In this document: one piece after another, positions 26,284 to 39,216 of the stretch | Position numbering within the stretch: the stretch's first letter is position 1 | How the letters are laid out: each line of letters starts with the position of its first letter | Source of the DNA: Amphiscolops sp. MND2022 | Taxonomy: Eukaryota | Direction of reading: 5' to 3' | Length of the DNA: 64,000 bases | Assembly (NCBI GenBank): GCA_964187785.1 | Contig: OZ076413.1 | Coordinates: 41,480,001-41,544,000 of the forward strand | Notes under the pieces: generated by a model | The model's input: only the letters and a program-made list of their open reading frames with translations | The model's database searches: none | Told to the model about the DNA's origin: nothing | Program-made: the position numbers and the translations under genes

Positions 26284-26829
26284 ATTGCCCAGGAGCTATC
26301 CTTGTTGAGCTATTCATTGCAAGAACTTTGGAAGAAATTCAGAAAAATTAATGAGCTATGTTCTCAATAGACGCTGTCACGTGATCTGTATTCCAGAGAT
26401 TGAGAGTATTTGGTTTGTAGCAATTTCCAATTTAGTTTATCAGATTTCTACAACAATGTTGCATTTATATAGTTTTTAATTGTTCTGATATATTTTTTAA
26501 CCAGTACTGTTGAGTAATAACGCGGTTCCACATTCATGAGTCTTGTCTGCAATTCCATACATGGAATCATGAGGTTCCAAACATAAAACTATGACATCCT
26601 TGCTTTCCATGCGTTTCTTATGTAATCATACGAACCACACACAATCTACATTTACTATTTTCCGCTCAAATTTCATATGTAAATATTTAAATCAAACGGG
26701 ATTTTTTTGACAAGCACCAATTTTTATTCAACTTTAAGGGTGTTACCAGGAAAATTCAACAAACATAAATTTAGCTTCGTGCGATTTGTATTTGTGGACA
26801 TTTCTGGACTTTTTTAGTTGTAGTAGACC

Positions 26830-28330
26830 AAAAAATGTAAAAACTGCAAAAAGTTCCATTTTTTCACGTTTTCTTGAAAATTTTATCAACTTATCGATAG
26901 ATGTCGTGAATTAGAATGTTGAAAAGCTTCGAAAGAGCAAGAATTCGTCATCCAGTAGTCGTTTATGAAGATATAAATGCGGTTTTCTGGAATGAAAAAC
27001 CCGAAAATGACAAAAACCAAAAGTTTCCCTATTTTTAACGTATTTTTTTGCAATTCAAGTCATATTTTCGATAGACTTCCTGAATTAGAATGCTGAAAAG
27101 GCTCAACATGGCACTAATTCGTTGTCCAGTAGAATTTTCTAAACATTCAAATTTTTATTGCATTTTTTGTAAAAGTTTCGACACACTTCGTAGATTGGAA
27201 AGTATTAAATGGTTAACAAGGAAACGAGCGGTTGTCCTGTAGTCTTTCATGAAGAGATAACTGCAATGTTCTGAATGAAAAGTCTAAAATTAACACCCAA
27301 AATGACAAAAATCTCACAATTTTCTAATTTCCAAAGATTTTATGCATTTTTTTTCAAATTTTTGACGGACTTTGTGGATTGTAACGTTGGAAAGGGTCAA
27401 CAAAGAAGGAATGTGCCGTCCAGTGGGCTTATCCGAAATGTTTTTGCAGTTTTTTAGTGAAAGTGTCTCAAATTGAAACCGAGAACGACAAATAAACCAA
27501 AACTTTCCAAATTTCAAAATTTCTATGCATAGGTTTTGACAGATTTCGTAGATTGGAGTTTTTTTAAAGGGTCAACAAGGGAACAAGGGAAAAGTTGGTT
27601 GTCCAGTAGTCTTTATTGAAGAGATAAATGCATTATTCTCAATGAAAATGTCTCAAATTGACACCAAAAATGACAAAAATCCCAAAGTTTTTCAAATTTT
27701 AAAGATTTTATCCATTTTTTCTAAATTATCGACAGACATCGTCATCTGGAACGTAAAAACGTGTCAACAAGGAAAGAATGTGTTTTCCAGTATGCCTTTA
27801 GAAGAGAAAAATGCTGTTTTTCAAACAAATACTGTCCGGAAATGACATCGGAAAAGAACAAAATGTCAAAGTTTTGGCGATTTTCAACGTTTTTGTTCAA
27901 TTTTTGTCAAAATATCGCTAGACTTCGTGGACTAGAATGGTAAAACGCCTAAGACATGGGCAAACGAGTTGCTTCCGTGAGCCTTCGTCACGAGATAAGT
28001 TCAATTTGTAAAAAAATGCCTCAAATTGAACCTGAACAATAAAAACAAGTGAAGTTTTTAATGTTTTTGATGCAATTTTTGTACATTTTCCGAAAGATTT
28101 TGTTCCGACACAATCAACTCAAAAACAAAAAAAACGAGCTTGAAGAGAATGTTGCAGCGTTTTGCTTGAAAACCATTTCAAAATGACTCCAAAGCGGTCG
28201 AAATCTTCAACATCTTCAGTTTTGTGCAACTTGTGTACTATTTGAATCGTTTTGGAGTCAGAATGTTAGCAAACGTTCAACAAAGACTGCATGCATAATC
28301 CAGTAGGCTTTTGAAGGAGTATTGGCAGAC
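26830..28330 (+). repeat. Degenerate tandem array, period mostly ~170-190 bp
   Basis: A recurring block like TCGAYAGACTTCGTGRATTRGAAYGT...GGTCAACAAGG...GTCCAGTAG...GAAGAGATAAATGC occurs near 26893, 27068, 27178, 27364, 27537, 27729 and 27915. Confidence 0.7.
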
Positions 28331-28559
28331 TTCTGTTGGAAAATGGTTCGAAATTTTTATTTGAGATTGGAAAATTTCGGTAGAATAAAAGCCTCGAAAA
28401 TCTCCAGATGTTCCAGAGGTTCATTGAATGAATCTGCTTATTTCGACAAAGCTGTCTAATGCGCCTTTTCCTGTCATCAAGAGGTGCAGAAACAAAGTGT
28501 TGATGACAGCAAGATATTTGGTGATCAGAGTAGGTACATTAGAAGAAAGAAGAAAGTCA

Positions 28560-29450
28560 TCAAAGTGTACTAAACACTCAGAAGACAGAAATACTGTTTT
28601 ATAGCGTGGTAGTTACTGAGGTAGCCATCTCTTCAGTTTTGAGAGCATATACAGATGATCTAAGAAAATTGAAATGCAATGAGAACATTTTGACGTTGCT
28701 GTCAACCCAGTAATGGTACGGAATCCTTATTTTAGAGGCTATGGATGTAAAAAATCTTGGTTTTTGTTGAAGGTTTGAACGTGTAGCCAGTAGGATGCAT
28801 GTACAATGAGATGAGTTGTGATTTGAGAATAAATCTAACATGAGAGACAATTGGTATGGAGTGGTGCTCCTGTTGAGTTCAAGGAGCGTCTGTTGAGCAA
28901 GTTAATAGAGGATAGATTGAAGAAGTTAGGAAAGCTGAGTCTTACATTATGTCATATTTTTCCAAAGTTGGTTGATGATGTCGAATGTGGTTGATCAATT
29001 GCGAAAGTTTTAGGCTGTGTATAATCATTTTTGTCAAGAGTATCAGTGATGGTGTTTGTAGTTTCTACTTGTTCAGATAGTGTGGGAACCAGAAGTTCAA
29101 CAGGATCAAGAACCGGAATTAGCGAGCCCTAACACAATGCTGAAGCAGTCGGATCTGAGATTATGGAAATATTTTGTGAATCTAGTTGTGATTGAAAGTA
29201 AACAAGGGCTGGAGTCATATTGAAAAGTAATATCGAGTAGCTTTATCTCGTTTTCGAGGAGAAGGTTAGTAAAGAACACGGAAGTCAATGGTAGGTTGTT
29301 TTGGACGGGCAATAGGGATTTTTGATTGACTCTCAATTCTGAAAAAACTAGAGAATTTTTCCCAAGTGGAGTTATGAAGTAAGGCAACTGTTGCTTAGGA
29401 GGAAAAAGTGCCGAATGGCCGATGTTAGAAAGATGGTGGTGGAAAGAAGT
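28560..29450 (-). pseudogene. Additional ORF of unknown function downstream of the env-like ORF
   Basis: Open stretch LFPPKQQLPYFITPLGKNSLVFSELRVNQKSLLPVQNNLPLTSVFFTNLLLENEIKLLDITFQYD... and a later fragment YWVDSNVKMFSLHFNFLRS. Same strand and base skew as the element. Confidence 0.45.
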
Positions 29451-29869
29451 AATTGGTTTTAAATATTTTGACAGGGCTGTCAATTTCATCTTAAACAAGT
29501 GTAATGCATGAATGATAGCTGTCAAGGTTTGAATTGACACTAGAATAATGAGGTTGTGATGGTGGTGGTGTATCGATTGTGAAATTTTAATGGTACTTCG
29601 AGAAAAGGACTTGCGTTTGGCAAAGAGTTTGAGGCGTAACAATTTTGACAGTTTCCGTAATGGTCGTTTAGTATAGAATGGTAGTGGCGATGTAATCCCA
29701 CTTGTATCGTGCGGGTTTGGTTTGTGATTATGGGAGGAATTCAGATTATCTGATCGTTCATCAGAATTAAGGAAAAATTGATCTAATGGGTTTTTAGTGA
29801 TGATTGAGAAGGGAATTTTGGAAGAAGTTTTGTGAATGGATAATGCACGTTTTTGAGGACGTGTGTCTT

Positions 29870-31497
29870 TTAGGTCATTGACCGTTTCAGCTGTAAAAAT
29901 GTTTAAAAATTCATGTGCGATAGAACGAAAGATTGCAATGTTTTGTTTAAATTTTTTTAGAGGGAAAATAATTATAAACTTTGACAAGAAGAAGTGGAAG
30001 TGCTTGTACAAAAACGAATGCAGAAAAGTAAGTTTTCTCATTCCGTTAGTATGTAACATGCGTAACCAGATTGTGTAATAGAAGCATCAGCGAACCATGT
30101 TGGTGTGAAAAGTGGTGTAATGTTGAGGAGTTACGAAGTGAGTTCTTTGGATTGTCATCAGAAAAATGTGCATCAGAAAAATCTGGAGTATCAGTAGAAA
30201 TGAAAGAATAACAATGAGTTTTTCTACGTGATTGAAGTGTCGTATGTGATTGTTTTTAAAAAAGGATTCTATTCCAAAATTGGTCAAGTTCTGCATTAGA
30301 GTGTTTACCAGCATCTTGAGCTGTAAATGTATTAGGTCGTATTGTAGTCTTTGGTTGAAAAGGAGATAACAAATGAGAAAATGGGTTCTGAACGGAGAAT
30401 ATAAAAGTCTTGATAATCGGAAACGGGGTCAAGTTCTTCAATAATTCTAGGTTTAGTGTTACAGGGTTTAGGAGTAGCATAATTATAAGTTTGTCTGGTG
30501 AAAAGATCTACATGCATTAGAGTTTCTTTGTAATGTAATGGTATTCTGTCAAAGCAACTATCAGTTTATATAGTGGTGAAGGGAATTGGTGACAGTCATA
30601 AAACCAATCCGTGGAAGATTTAACACAAAGGAAGTTACTTCGATTTTTGGCGAGAAGAAATCTGGCAAGTTGAGAGTTTTGGACAGACATAGAAAGCGTT
30701 GTAAGCCGTTGGTTGCGTTCTAATTGGCATATGGTATAAAGAGTTTTAATTTGATGAACAGTCAAGTAGAGAAAAACATGAATAAATGTATCTTCTGTTT
30801 TTAGATTCATATGTGCATCATAATCAATGGTAGCAATGTTGTTTGATACGTTCAAAGCAAGGAAAAGTAGTATTGTTTTGAATTGTCTAAAACGTTTTTT
30901 CCTGAGATGTTTTCGTTGATTATAGACAGAGGATTTGGTTGTCCTGTATTCTCATTGAAACCTTCTTGGTATGTAACAAAAAGATCCCAATACTATCTCA
31001 ATCCTGTGTAGGTTCAGGTTTGCCACAAAATGTTTGTGCATGAGTAAACAGTTCGGAACGTGGAAGAGTAGGATTTTGTGGGTGTTAGGTGTGTCGTGTA
31101 TGGATGTATGGGTGAGAGTCTTTTTGAATTGCTGAAGTGGAATCAGATTCATAAGGAAGTGAAGAGTGCAAAAAAGGAACACTTTTGGTCCAATAGCGTT
31201 CTTCAAATTTAGTTATTCTACCGATGAAGTCTTCTAAGGTAAAGATTATTCAAAAATCATCACTAAACTATACAATTGTGAAAGGGGTTTGTGTTGTGGG
31301 TTTGCTAAAACTGTCTGCAAAAGAACTTGGTAGACTATGTCCATCTATTATCATGATGTTTTCTGTTTCATCATAAATCATTTCTACTTCAGAGACGGAT
31401 GGTCTCCAAATGAATAGATTGACTTCAAAATGCTGATGGGCTGGACAGTTATGTGGAGGATTTTCCAAAGGGTCATTAATCCATTCCTTATCTGCAG
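29870..31497 (-). pseudogene. env-like class III fusion glycoprotein remnant (gB/chuvirus G-like)
   Basis: Cys-spaced fragments NCPAH...IDGHSLP, TFCGKP, ICQLERNQRLTTLSMSVQNSQLARFLL..NRSNFL.VKSSTDWFYDC, CFDRIP and VDLFTRQTYNYATPKPC, followed by a frameshifted hydrophobic C-terminal region. Confidence 0.62.
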
Positions 31498-34400
31498 TAG
31501 TAGCAATTTTTCAAACATCGTTTCGTGAGTAGCCTGACTCTTTTTGTGTTTCACTGAGAAATAACATAAAGTAACAAATTCGGTAACTGTAAGGTATGAA
31601 AATTGAAAACTTATTTGTTTTATGAAGAGTATATTGTCTTTTCAAAAGGGAGGAGTAGGAAAAACACGTAGTTTGGAGGTTTCAAAGGTAGGTTGAACGT
31701 TATAAAGACGATGTGAAGAAAGTATAACAAGTACTGTTGGAGTTGTCCAATAATTTTGATGTAAACAGAAACGAGACGCATAAGATATACCATCGGGTAT
31801 TGTTAAATCATAGTTAGATGGTGGAATTGGTTCAGTTAGATCAGGGTGGTATATCCGAGCTACTATATGAAACAAAGTATTTATACCACTAACTTGATAG
31901 TTTTTGGGTTTTTCATTGGTAATTGGTACTTTAATAAAACCAATTTGTCCTTTTGGAGGTGTTGGAACATAGTTTGTTGAATTATGAATTATTGTTGAAC
32001 AAGTGTCAGGTCTAATAACAGTGAAAACTTCAAAAAAGTTCAATATTGTACGGAAATCAGTACAAAAATAGGTATGCGGCATCGTAGGGAAAACTTGATT
32101 ACGAGGAGTGGTAGTAAACTGAAGACAAGAGTAGTTTTTTATTGGAAAATGAGCAAATTTCGGGGAGATTGGGTTCAAACGAATTCGTGTTCCAGAATTG
32201 ATTTCATAGATGTACTCCGAATATGAGTAGTTTTTTGACAGTAGAGAGGTATATTTAGTGACAATTCTTGAATTATTTTCTTTGATTTTGTTTCCGAATG
32301 TGATCGAGATCGTAATGGTCCAGAGTCTCTTGGCCTTAATGGAGGTCTATTTGAAGAAGTGTATGGCTGAAATGAGTTGTATCTTGAACGTGATCTGTAT
32401 CTAGTACGGGAATCGCGACATGAGTTTGAATCGCGTCAATAATTGTCACATCTAGATCTGTTATATTGTGGAGGAGTAGTGTTTCTTTCATATTTGTATC
32501 TATCTCTGGAATCGGAGCGATATTTGTACTGTGATGAAGAATTTCAATTGGTATTGCTATGTCGTGATGTACTTCTACTGCGATATCGGTATTCAGTAGA
32601 TCTGTCATTAGTTTAATAATAGTTTATTCTTATCACAAGAAGAAGAACGCAAGAATCGTATAAAGGAATTTCGAGGAGTTTAGATCTCGTAAAGGCATCT
32701 CGTTTGTCTTCATCAACTTTCTGTTTTCTTAAACATGCTGAAATAATATGTTTTTCCATGACAATAAGCGCAAAATTTTTATATGCATATATGCTGGTTT
32801 TTATCTGTTATTAGAATCTCGTGGTTGTGTAAAAATAAGTCGTTCAAATTGTTGAGTATCAAAATTTTGTGACTGTAAATGCATTGTGATGGAATTTATT
32901 TCGAAAGTAAGGTCATATGTGCGAATTTTATCATTAGCTCTATCTTCAGCATCTACTAGTTTAACAAGAGTTTGAAATGTTCTAGAGTGTTCTTCAGAGT
33001 TTGAACTGAAGGTTCTAAAACAGTATAAGTATGTTTTACTTGTCTTCTGTTTGCAAAATCTTGAAAATTTTTGGTAAGACCTTGGGTTTAAGTTTTGCAA
33101 AATTTTAAGTTTATAGTAGAAGCAATTCCATTGCACCAGCCTTTTCGAACCAGATGTCGAACTTTGAGTGCAAAATGACGTACTGTTCCGTTATCCTTTT
33201 AAACAAGTGTAAGAGCTTCGTCTTGAGCATAGTAAGCGATCTTTTGAGCAAAAAAAATGTTTTTGAAAGCAGACCAGTCTTGTTTTTCCGTTTCAATGAA
33301 GGCAAATGTACCAACTAAGAGCGGTTCCAGTGAGTGAACATTGAATGAAAGTCATACAACTAGCGTGCGAAAACCTATTTTCATTCGGAGTCGTAGGCTG
33401 GAGTCCCAATGAAAATTTTACACGAGCGTTAATGGGTTGTGAAAATTCTTCAGGTGTATACTTGTGAACACAACCATCGAAAGGTTTATTGAATTCTGAA
33501 ATAGAGGCAGAAGAGTTTATATAAGGGGTTTTGAGACTGTTGTTTTTGGTAATGTAGGTGGATGTGTTGTTTGGTAGTTAGTATGTGACGTGTTAGTTAG
33601 TAAACTATGCGTATTAGTTGGAATTGGTGATGTAGAAGTGGTAAGATAGGGATTAGTCCCTATTCAAGGAAGTCGTGATGTGTGAACAATATTGTTGTTT
33701 GTAGTTTTTTGAGGAGACATAATAAAAGCAGTAGGTGGAAATTGATTCAGATCTGCTGTAGTGATCGGTTGATCTTTTTGTAGTGAAGGATAGAAAGACT
33801 GTTGTGTGTTCTGAACATTGGTACTCGTTAAGTCATACTGAAAAGGGTTTGTAGAAACAGTGTGTCGAACATTGAAATATCTAGTTATGAAATCGAGAAA
33901 ACGTGTACAAGAAGAGTAGAGTTGCGAAAAGAAACGCAATCTTATTAGGTTGAAGATGTACAAAGGAAGTTTTTCAGTTTTAAGCAAGAACCTTTTTCTA
34001 AGATGAGATCTTCTTTTAGGTACTTAGCTAAGATTTTTGATATGATTTAGACTTTCTTTCCTTTGTTCTATTGTGAGAGGAACCAATCGCTTGAGAAGTC
34101 TGAGTTAACTCTGATTATATACTTACAGGGAATATGTCAATAATATAATTGTCATTACTCAGATTAGATAGTCATCAGGGTATATAACTTAGATTTATGG
34201 AAACTAGATTAGTTTAGACTACTTGGGTAATAGAAGTATCATTAAACAGATTCTTTAAGATTGTTTGAGGTCTTGTACCATGGCATCACACGTGCCCCTT
34301 TTTTGGTTCACAGAGTTGGTTTTTGAAATTCATTGTTGAATTTTGCCGTGCACTTCATGACTTCTTACTTTGCTCTTTGAAAAACCTACATCACAATGGC

Positions 34401-35659
34401 ATCCAATTTTACCTTTAGTTCCAAGTTCGGCAGAAAATCGCCACTTCGTCCGTTTGAATAGGATTTTTCGCTGTTGATTGGCTCAGTCAGACAAGCTTGT
34501 CAGATTCAGCCCACATCCCCTCGTTTTGTTACGAAAGCGACTGGATGATTCTTGAAACATAGATTGTTGAGGCAATTACTGAGGTCGACTAGAAACTTGA
34601 TGATATAAACTGTCAAACGACACTTTTAGGTTTAAAGACGCTGAGGGTATCTATTGCTCTTTTTGAGACAAATTCATTTCTACTAAAATTGGTTTTATAG
34701 CTAAAATTCGAAAGTTCTTCGAAATATTATGTGTGCGTGAACTTTTGGTACCCTTTAATAGAATTCTCTGCCACGCTAGTAAAAAGTCAGTTTTTGATGC
34801 TTTTTTTCATAATTACATTTTGCCATAAACCTGTTGAAGAGTCTTTCATGATCCCAAAGATAGGACCTCAGAAGCCACCGAGATGATCTATTTTTCTTGA
34901 GACCAATGAAAGAGTTTTGATCAGTGAACATTTCAGCAACTATTTCACGTCCTATCGCATGAACTGGAAGAAGTTATGAACAAAATACGAATCGACAGTG
35001 CATCCACGACCATTTTGAACATAAAAGACAGTCATTCGACTGCAAAACAGTTTCCTGAACGACTTTCCGCCGTGAAATTGGCTGGCTGGTAGTTCTCGGG
35101 ATCAGGAGGAGAAATCTCTTGAGATTTGAAAAATGAAAGCTATAAAGACGCATAGTGGAAAAACAATTTCTAAGAGATCTTTTATCCGCTGGTGAATGCA
35201 TTCCAAGGTTTTCCTGGCTAAAATCATCATACTCAGAAGTTTTAGTAAAGTTATTCTAAGATTCTTGCAATTAATTTTTATCTATTGTCAGAAGGAAAAG
35301 ACATTTGCCATGAATAAAAATTCACACTTTTTGTATTTGTTTCGACAGTCTAGGACCTATAGATGTGAAACATTCATTCCATATTTTATGTCCATTACCA
35401 TTTTACGGGTTTGTTCATGTGTGATGTCAAGAGAAACTTTGTTCGAAACATTGTTTTCTTAGATGGATTTGCTTCAAATTCAATTGAGTGGTGAAATATT
35501 TAGTTCAAAAATTTGTATTCTTGTTAAAATGCTTTCGCCGATTTACGCCTTACTGTTGTTTTAAAAGCTTTAGATGTCACCACGTTGATCCACCCGTGTG
35601 ATACTTCAAACACTGTTCTTTTATTAAAACATCATACTTCTATTTTTTTATGGTTTTCC

Positions 35660-36090
35660 CAAAAATTAATGGGAATTTATTACCCTATCACAATAACTCT
35701 GCGCTCCTTACTAACTCTGAGTTTAGCTGTATTTCCCTATTTTGGAGTCATATATTTTATGAATCAACAATCAAGACAAAATCCATCGAGTCATATGTTT
35801 CATAAATCAGCAACCAAGGCAAAATCCTATAAATAGCGCTCACAACTGCTTGGATGACCCCCTTGAATGGCGGTCATCTCCAAGCTGTCCAGCTTTTGAC
35901 AACTGTAGGTGATAGCTATGAACGGTTTTTATAGGATTTTACCTTGGTTTCTGATTTATAAAATATTTGACTCCAAAATAGGCCAATACAGCTAAACTCA
36001 TTCATTTGAGAGAATAAATCATAGTTTATTCAGAATATTAACAAGAAGCGCAAAGTCATTGTGATATGGGAATAAATTCTCAATAATTTA
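35660..36090. mobile_element. Foldback/palindromic element
   Basis: Long imperfect inverted arms, e.g. TGAGTTTAGCTGTATT...TATTTTGGAGTCA versus TGACTCCAAAATAGG...AATACAGCTAAACTCA, and CCAAGGCAAAATCCTATAAA versus TTTATAGGATTTTACCTTGG. Confidence 0.75.
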
Positions 36091-36729
36091 CTGATGAATG
36101 CATACAAATTTCCATGCATTAAAACGTTACTGATTCGAGTTAATTTTATCAAACTGCCAATAAGATGCCTCCTAAATTTGGCGTCAATCTGCGCCGCAAA
36201 GTTTAGTAGGTTTCATTAAGACGCCGGTTTCATTAATTTTAGAAGCAGCTGTGAACTTCATCAGTTTTACCGCGATTTCAATGCAAATAAATTTCAGTCA
36301 CATTATAAGTTTCAAAGTAGCCTCATATTTAGCGTGCTATTTGACTAACGGTGATTACAAAAGGTACTTACTTGAGAGACTTTTATGTGAAAACAAAGTG
36401 ATCACGGCGGTAAATCAGTTGAATTGTTTTCAGTTTCAATTCGAAAAGTCGAGGCTGCATTGTAATCCTATGCAAAATGTTTCCATGCAGGCTCCCTGAA
36501 TTTTCCATGTTTAGTAAAAAAAATTAGCGTTCATGTTTCCATGTAAAAAAGTTCGAGCAATCTCGACTAGGGTTACACAAACTTTGTACCATTCACACGG
36601 ATCTCTATCTTTTGACTTTAACACTTTTTATTTTAAGCCCAAATATAATGGGGGAGGAAAATCATAATCTATGTTGCGTTTTTTCCAAATTCTGTCAAAT
36701 TTCCACGGTCGAGTGGATGGAGACTTCAC

Positions 36730-36880
36730 TTGACTATTTTAGTTACTTGAGTATTTTAGTTACTTGGTAGCGCAGTTGGTAGTGCGTCTGCCTGGCAGAC
36801 ACGAGGTTGTGGGTTCGAACCACGCTGATGCGTTACATTTTTAGGGAAAAATATCCCGGTGCTTAGTGGGCGTCTTTTTT
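36730..36880 (+). mobile_element. Repeat fragment with 17-bp units followed by a tRNA-derived segment
   Basis: TGACTATTTTAGTTACT units, then A box TAGCGCAGTTGG and B box GGTTCGAACC (36812-36821). The tail AAAATATCCCGGTGCTTAGTGGGCGTCTT is the approximate inverse of 56342-56375. Confidence 0.6.
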
Positions 36881-37102
36881 CTGAAAACGCCGTCGTTGAG
36901 AATTTAGAAAATGATCACAAATTCCATTTTTTTTTCAAAGTTTTACTCAGTGAAAAAACGATTCAGAGGAGTGGTAATTGCAATTTTTAAGTGAATGTTT
37001 TCAAACAATGTTGAATAAAAAGTTATAGAACGATGCCGAGGCTACAAAAATGGTCGAGTGAGGTTTTTTGTCTGACCAGTAGTTTTTGAGATATTGCGTA
37101 TT

Positions 37103-38190
37103 TGTAAGGAACATTGTCCGTGTGATCCGTTAGCTCACAAGCGGACTTTGAATCCTTCTTTGCCAATTTCGTATTTGCATTCTTCCATACATTCCCGACC
37201 CTGTCCTCATTTATGGACGTACACGGTTCAACGCCACGTTGGTTGAAAGGCAAGTTTTCTATCGTGTTTTGTATCTCTGGAATAATTCTTTCACTTATGG
37301 CGGAACTAAGGGCCCTGCTAATTTGGGTATGCATTACGTCCATCAACGTTTCCATTTCACAAGACATCCTGGCATTCATTTCTCCAGATAACATATTAAT
37401 CGACTCCATTAGTCTACCTTTCCTAACGGGCTCATTTCTACTATCAATATCTCTAATTTCATTCTCTAAGGACGGGTTTCTCTATTAGGGAAAGACTGAA
37501 AGTCCTGTTGCCTTTCGGGGACGTTAGTGAGACTATCCAATTCTCTTTCTATAAAGTTGGAATATACTTCACCTAGCATCACGTCCATATTGCCGTAATC
37601 GGACAACATATCTAACACTCTTGATTACCTGGCCTTGGCTTTTTCTTTTCTTGTGGAAGGCATTGAAAATGTTCCTCCAGGAGAAAATATTTGAATTGTT
37701 CCTGTAGACAAATTTTTCAACTTTGGGTCAGTCAATTTCAATCGTAGTGTATCAAACAACTGTAAAAGTATGATTGTCCTTTGTCAGGCCGACTTGGGTA
37801 CATATACCCTAGTGGACATGACATTCAAAATTATCATGGTCGTGACACTAAAAATAGATCAAATCTAAAAATAGACATCACCCATAATTCTAAAAATAGA
37901 ACATGACGTCACTTCAACTAGCGGGCCGGCACGATCAAAGAGCAACGTTCTAAGCACAACGGGGGAGGGAAAAGACGTGTGTCCGCGTAGGGCCTATAGT
38001 ATAACACAAGTAAAATAGCACTGTTTTCATGTTCGTGGTTTCATGTCATTCAATTCATGTAAGCCACACGTGGTCTAACGACCAAGTTGGGCTTTATTCT
38101 ATATCACTCTATCACCAAATTTAGTTTGATTGGGTTAGACCGGTTGGGACGGGCTGCCATGTTCGTCCTGTTACTAATTGCGTTTCATAC
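37103..38190 (-). mobile_element. Solo-LTR-like fragment carrying the LTR-encoded MPSTR ORF
   Basis: ATG at 37663 gives MPSTRKEKAKAR*SRVLDMLSDYGNMDVMLG ... SAISERIIPEIQ ... TDNVPY, ending at CCTTACA (37103). Candidate start TGTATG at 38190, but the flanks do not form a TSD. Confidence 0.6.
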
Positions 38191-39156
38191 AGCTTCAAAG
38201 CACAAAGGACTATTTGGTCAAATGATTACTTCAGTCCATTTTGATTATTAATGAACGTACCATAGCAACTATAAACAATTCATATATATCGCAACACTAC
38301 ATGTATATTCGCACTTGACTTGCATGGCTGATTATCGTGTGAGACATAATTTAGCAACTAAATGGTATGGAATAATACAGCATCAACTAATTCGCATATT
38401 AGGACCGGTCAGGCCATTTTGCCTTATGCGTCCATTCCTGTTGAACATTTGTACTGCACTATAAATTAAAGCAACGGTAAATGAATGAAGGGCCCTGATT
38501 GGCTAATATGCCACGGCCGGCTATGCTAGCTATACTGAATAGGCACACATTTGAACTCGTTTCCTTTTTGCCTGTCAGTATAGCTTGCTGTCAAATATTG
38601 AACATATTACATCATTCACTATATTTACATGCAAAATATTATAAATAACTTATGTAAAAGTTTCAAGATTATTACTAGCAGTTTGAAAGTTTCACTGTAG
38701 TAGCAATGTGCCCGGTAGGGCGTTTTGTCGACTTGCATCGATTGTATAAAGATTGCCATCACAGGCGGCAGCCTGCGACAGTAATGAAGTTCGAAAAATC
38801 CAAAACTCCCCGAAATATCATATGATATAACTTCCACACTTTTGATTCGACTTCAAAATGAAAAACATCCATATAAATCGCATCAGAATTTAAGTTGTTT
38901 TTGTTCCTGAGACTATATTTTTGTATTACGACTATATCAAAAGATATTGCATGTTCAATATTGTCTTTAGCCAAATTGAGTGTATTTTCGTACTCTCGTG
39001 TATTTCAGATCATAACCTGTTATTGTCACACAAGCACCAAGTGAACTTTACTCACTAAAAGACTCGCTAAGTGATTCGAAATGAGCAGTTTTTCACGAGA
39101 TCTCATGAAAACCATTCAAAAAAGCTGTCCTTGTTCCCTTGTTCAGGGTTTCCATG

Positions 39157-39158
<2 letters not shown>

Positions 39159-39212
<54 letters not shown>
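39159..39212. repeat. (GA)27 microsatellite
   Basis: Uninterrupted GA run. Confidence 0.98.

Positions 39213-39216
<4 letters not shown>

Larger units (their letters stand above)
28480..34280 (-). mobile_element. Degenerate Gypsy-like element retaining gag and env-like ORF, pol largely deleted
   Basis: PBS-like TGGTACAAGACC at 34280-34269. gag-like KPFDG..KYTPEEF...FIQCSLTGTALSWY (~33490-33310), knuckle remnant FCAYCH (~32770) and Arg/Ser-rich tract. Pol linker at 32200-31500, then a glycoprotein-like region. No LTR pair found; boundaries approximate. Confidence 0.7.

Noticed and set aside
29106..30059. 317-aa ORF as one intact protein
   Set aside because: It appears to be a chance fusion of the env-like tail, a spacer and the downstream ORF in a frameshifted element.
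36766..36830. Functional tRNA gene
   Set aside because: A and B boxes are present, but there is no acceptor stem or canonical anticodon loop, and it is embedded in a repeat.
38186..38195. TSD for the 37103-38190 solo LTR
   Set aside because: Flanks GTATT and GCTTC do not match, so the right boundary is unconfirmed.
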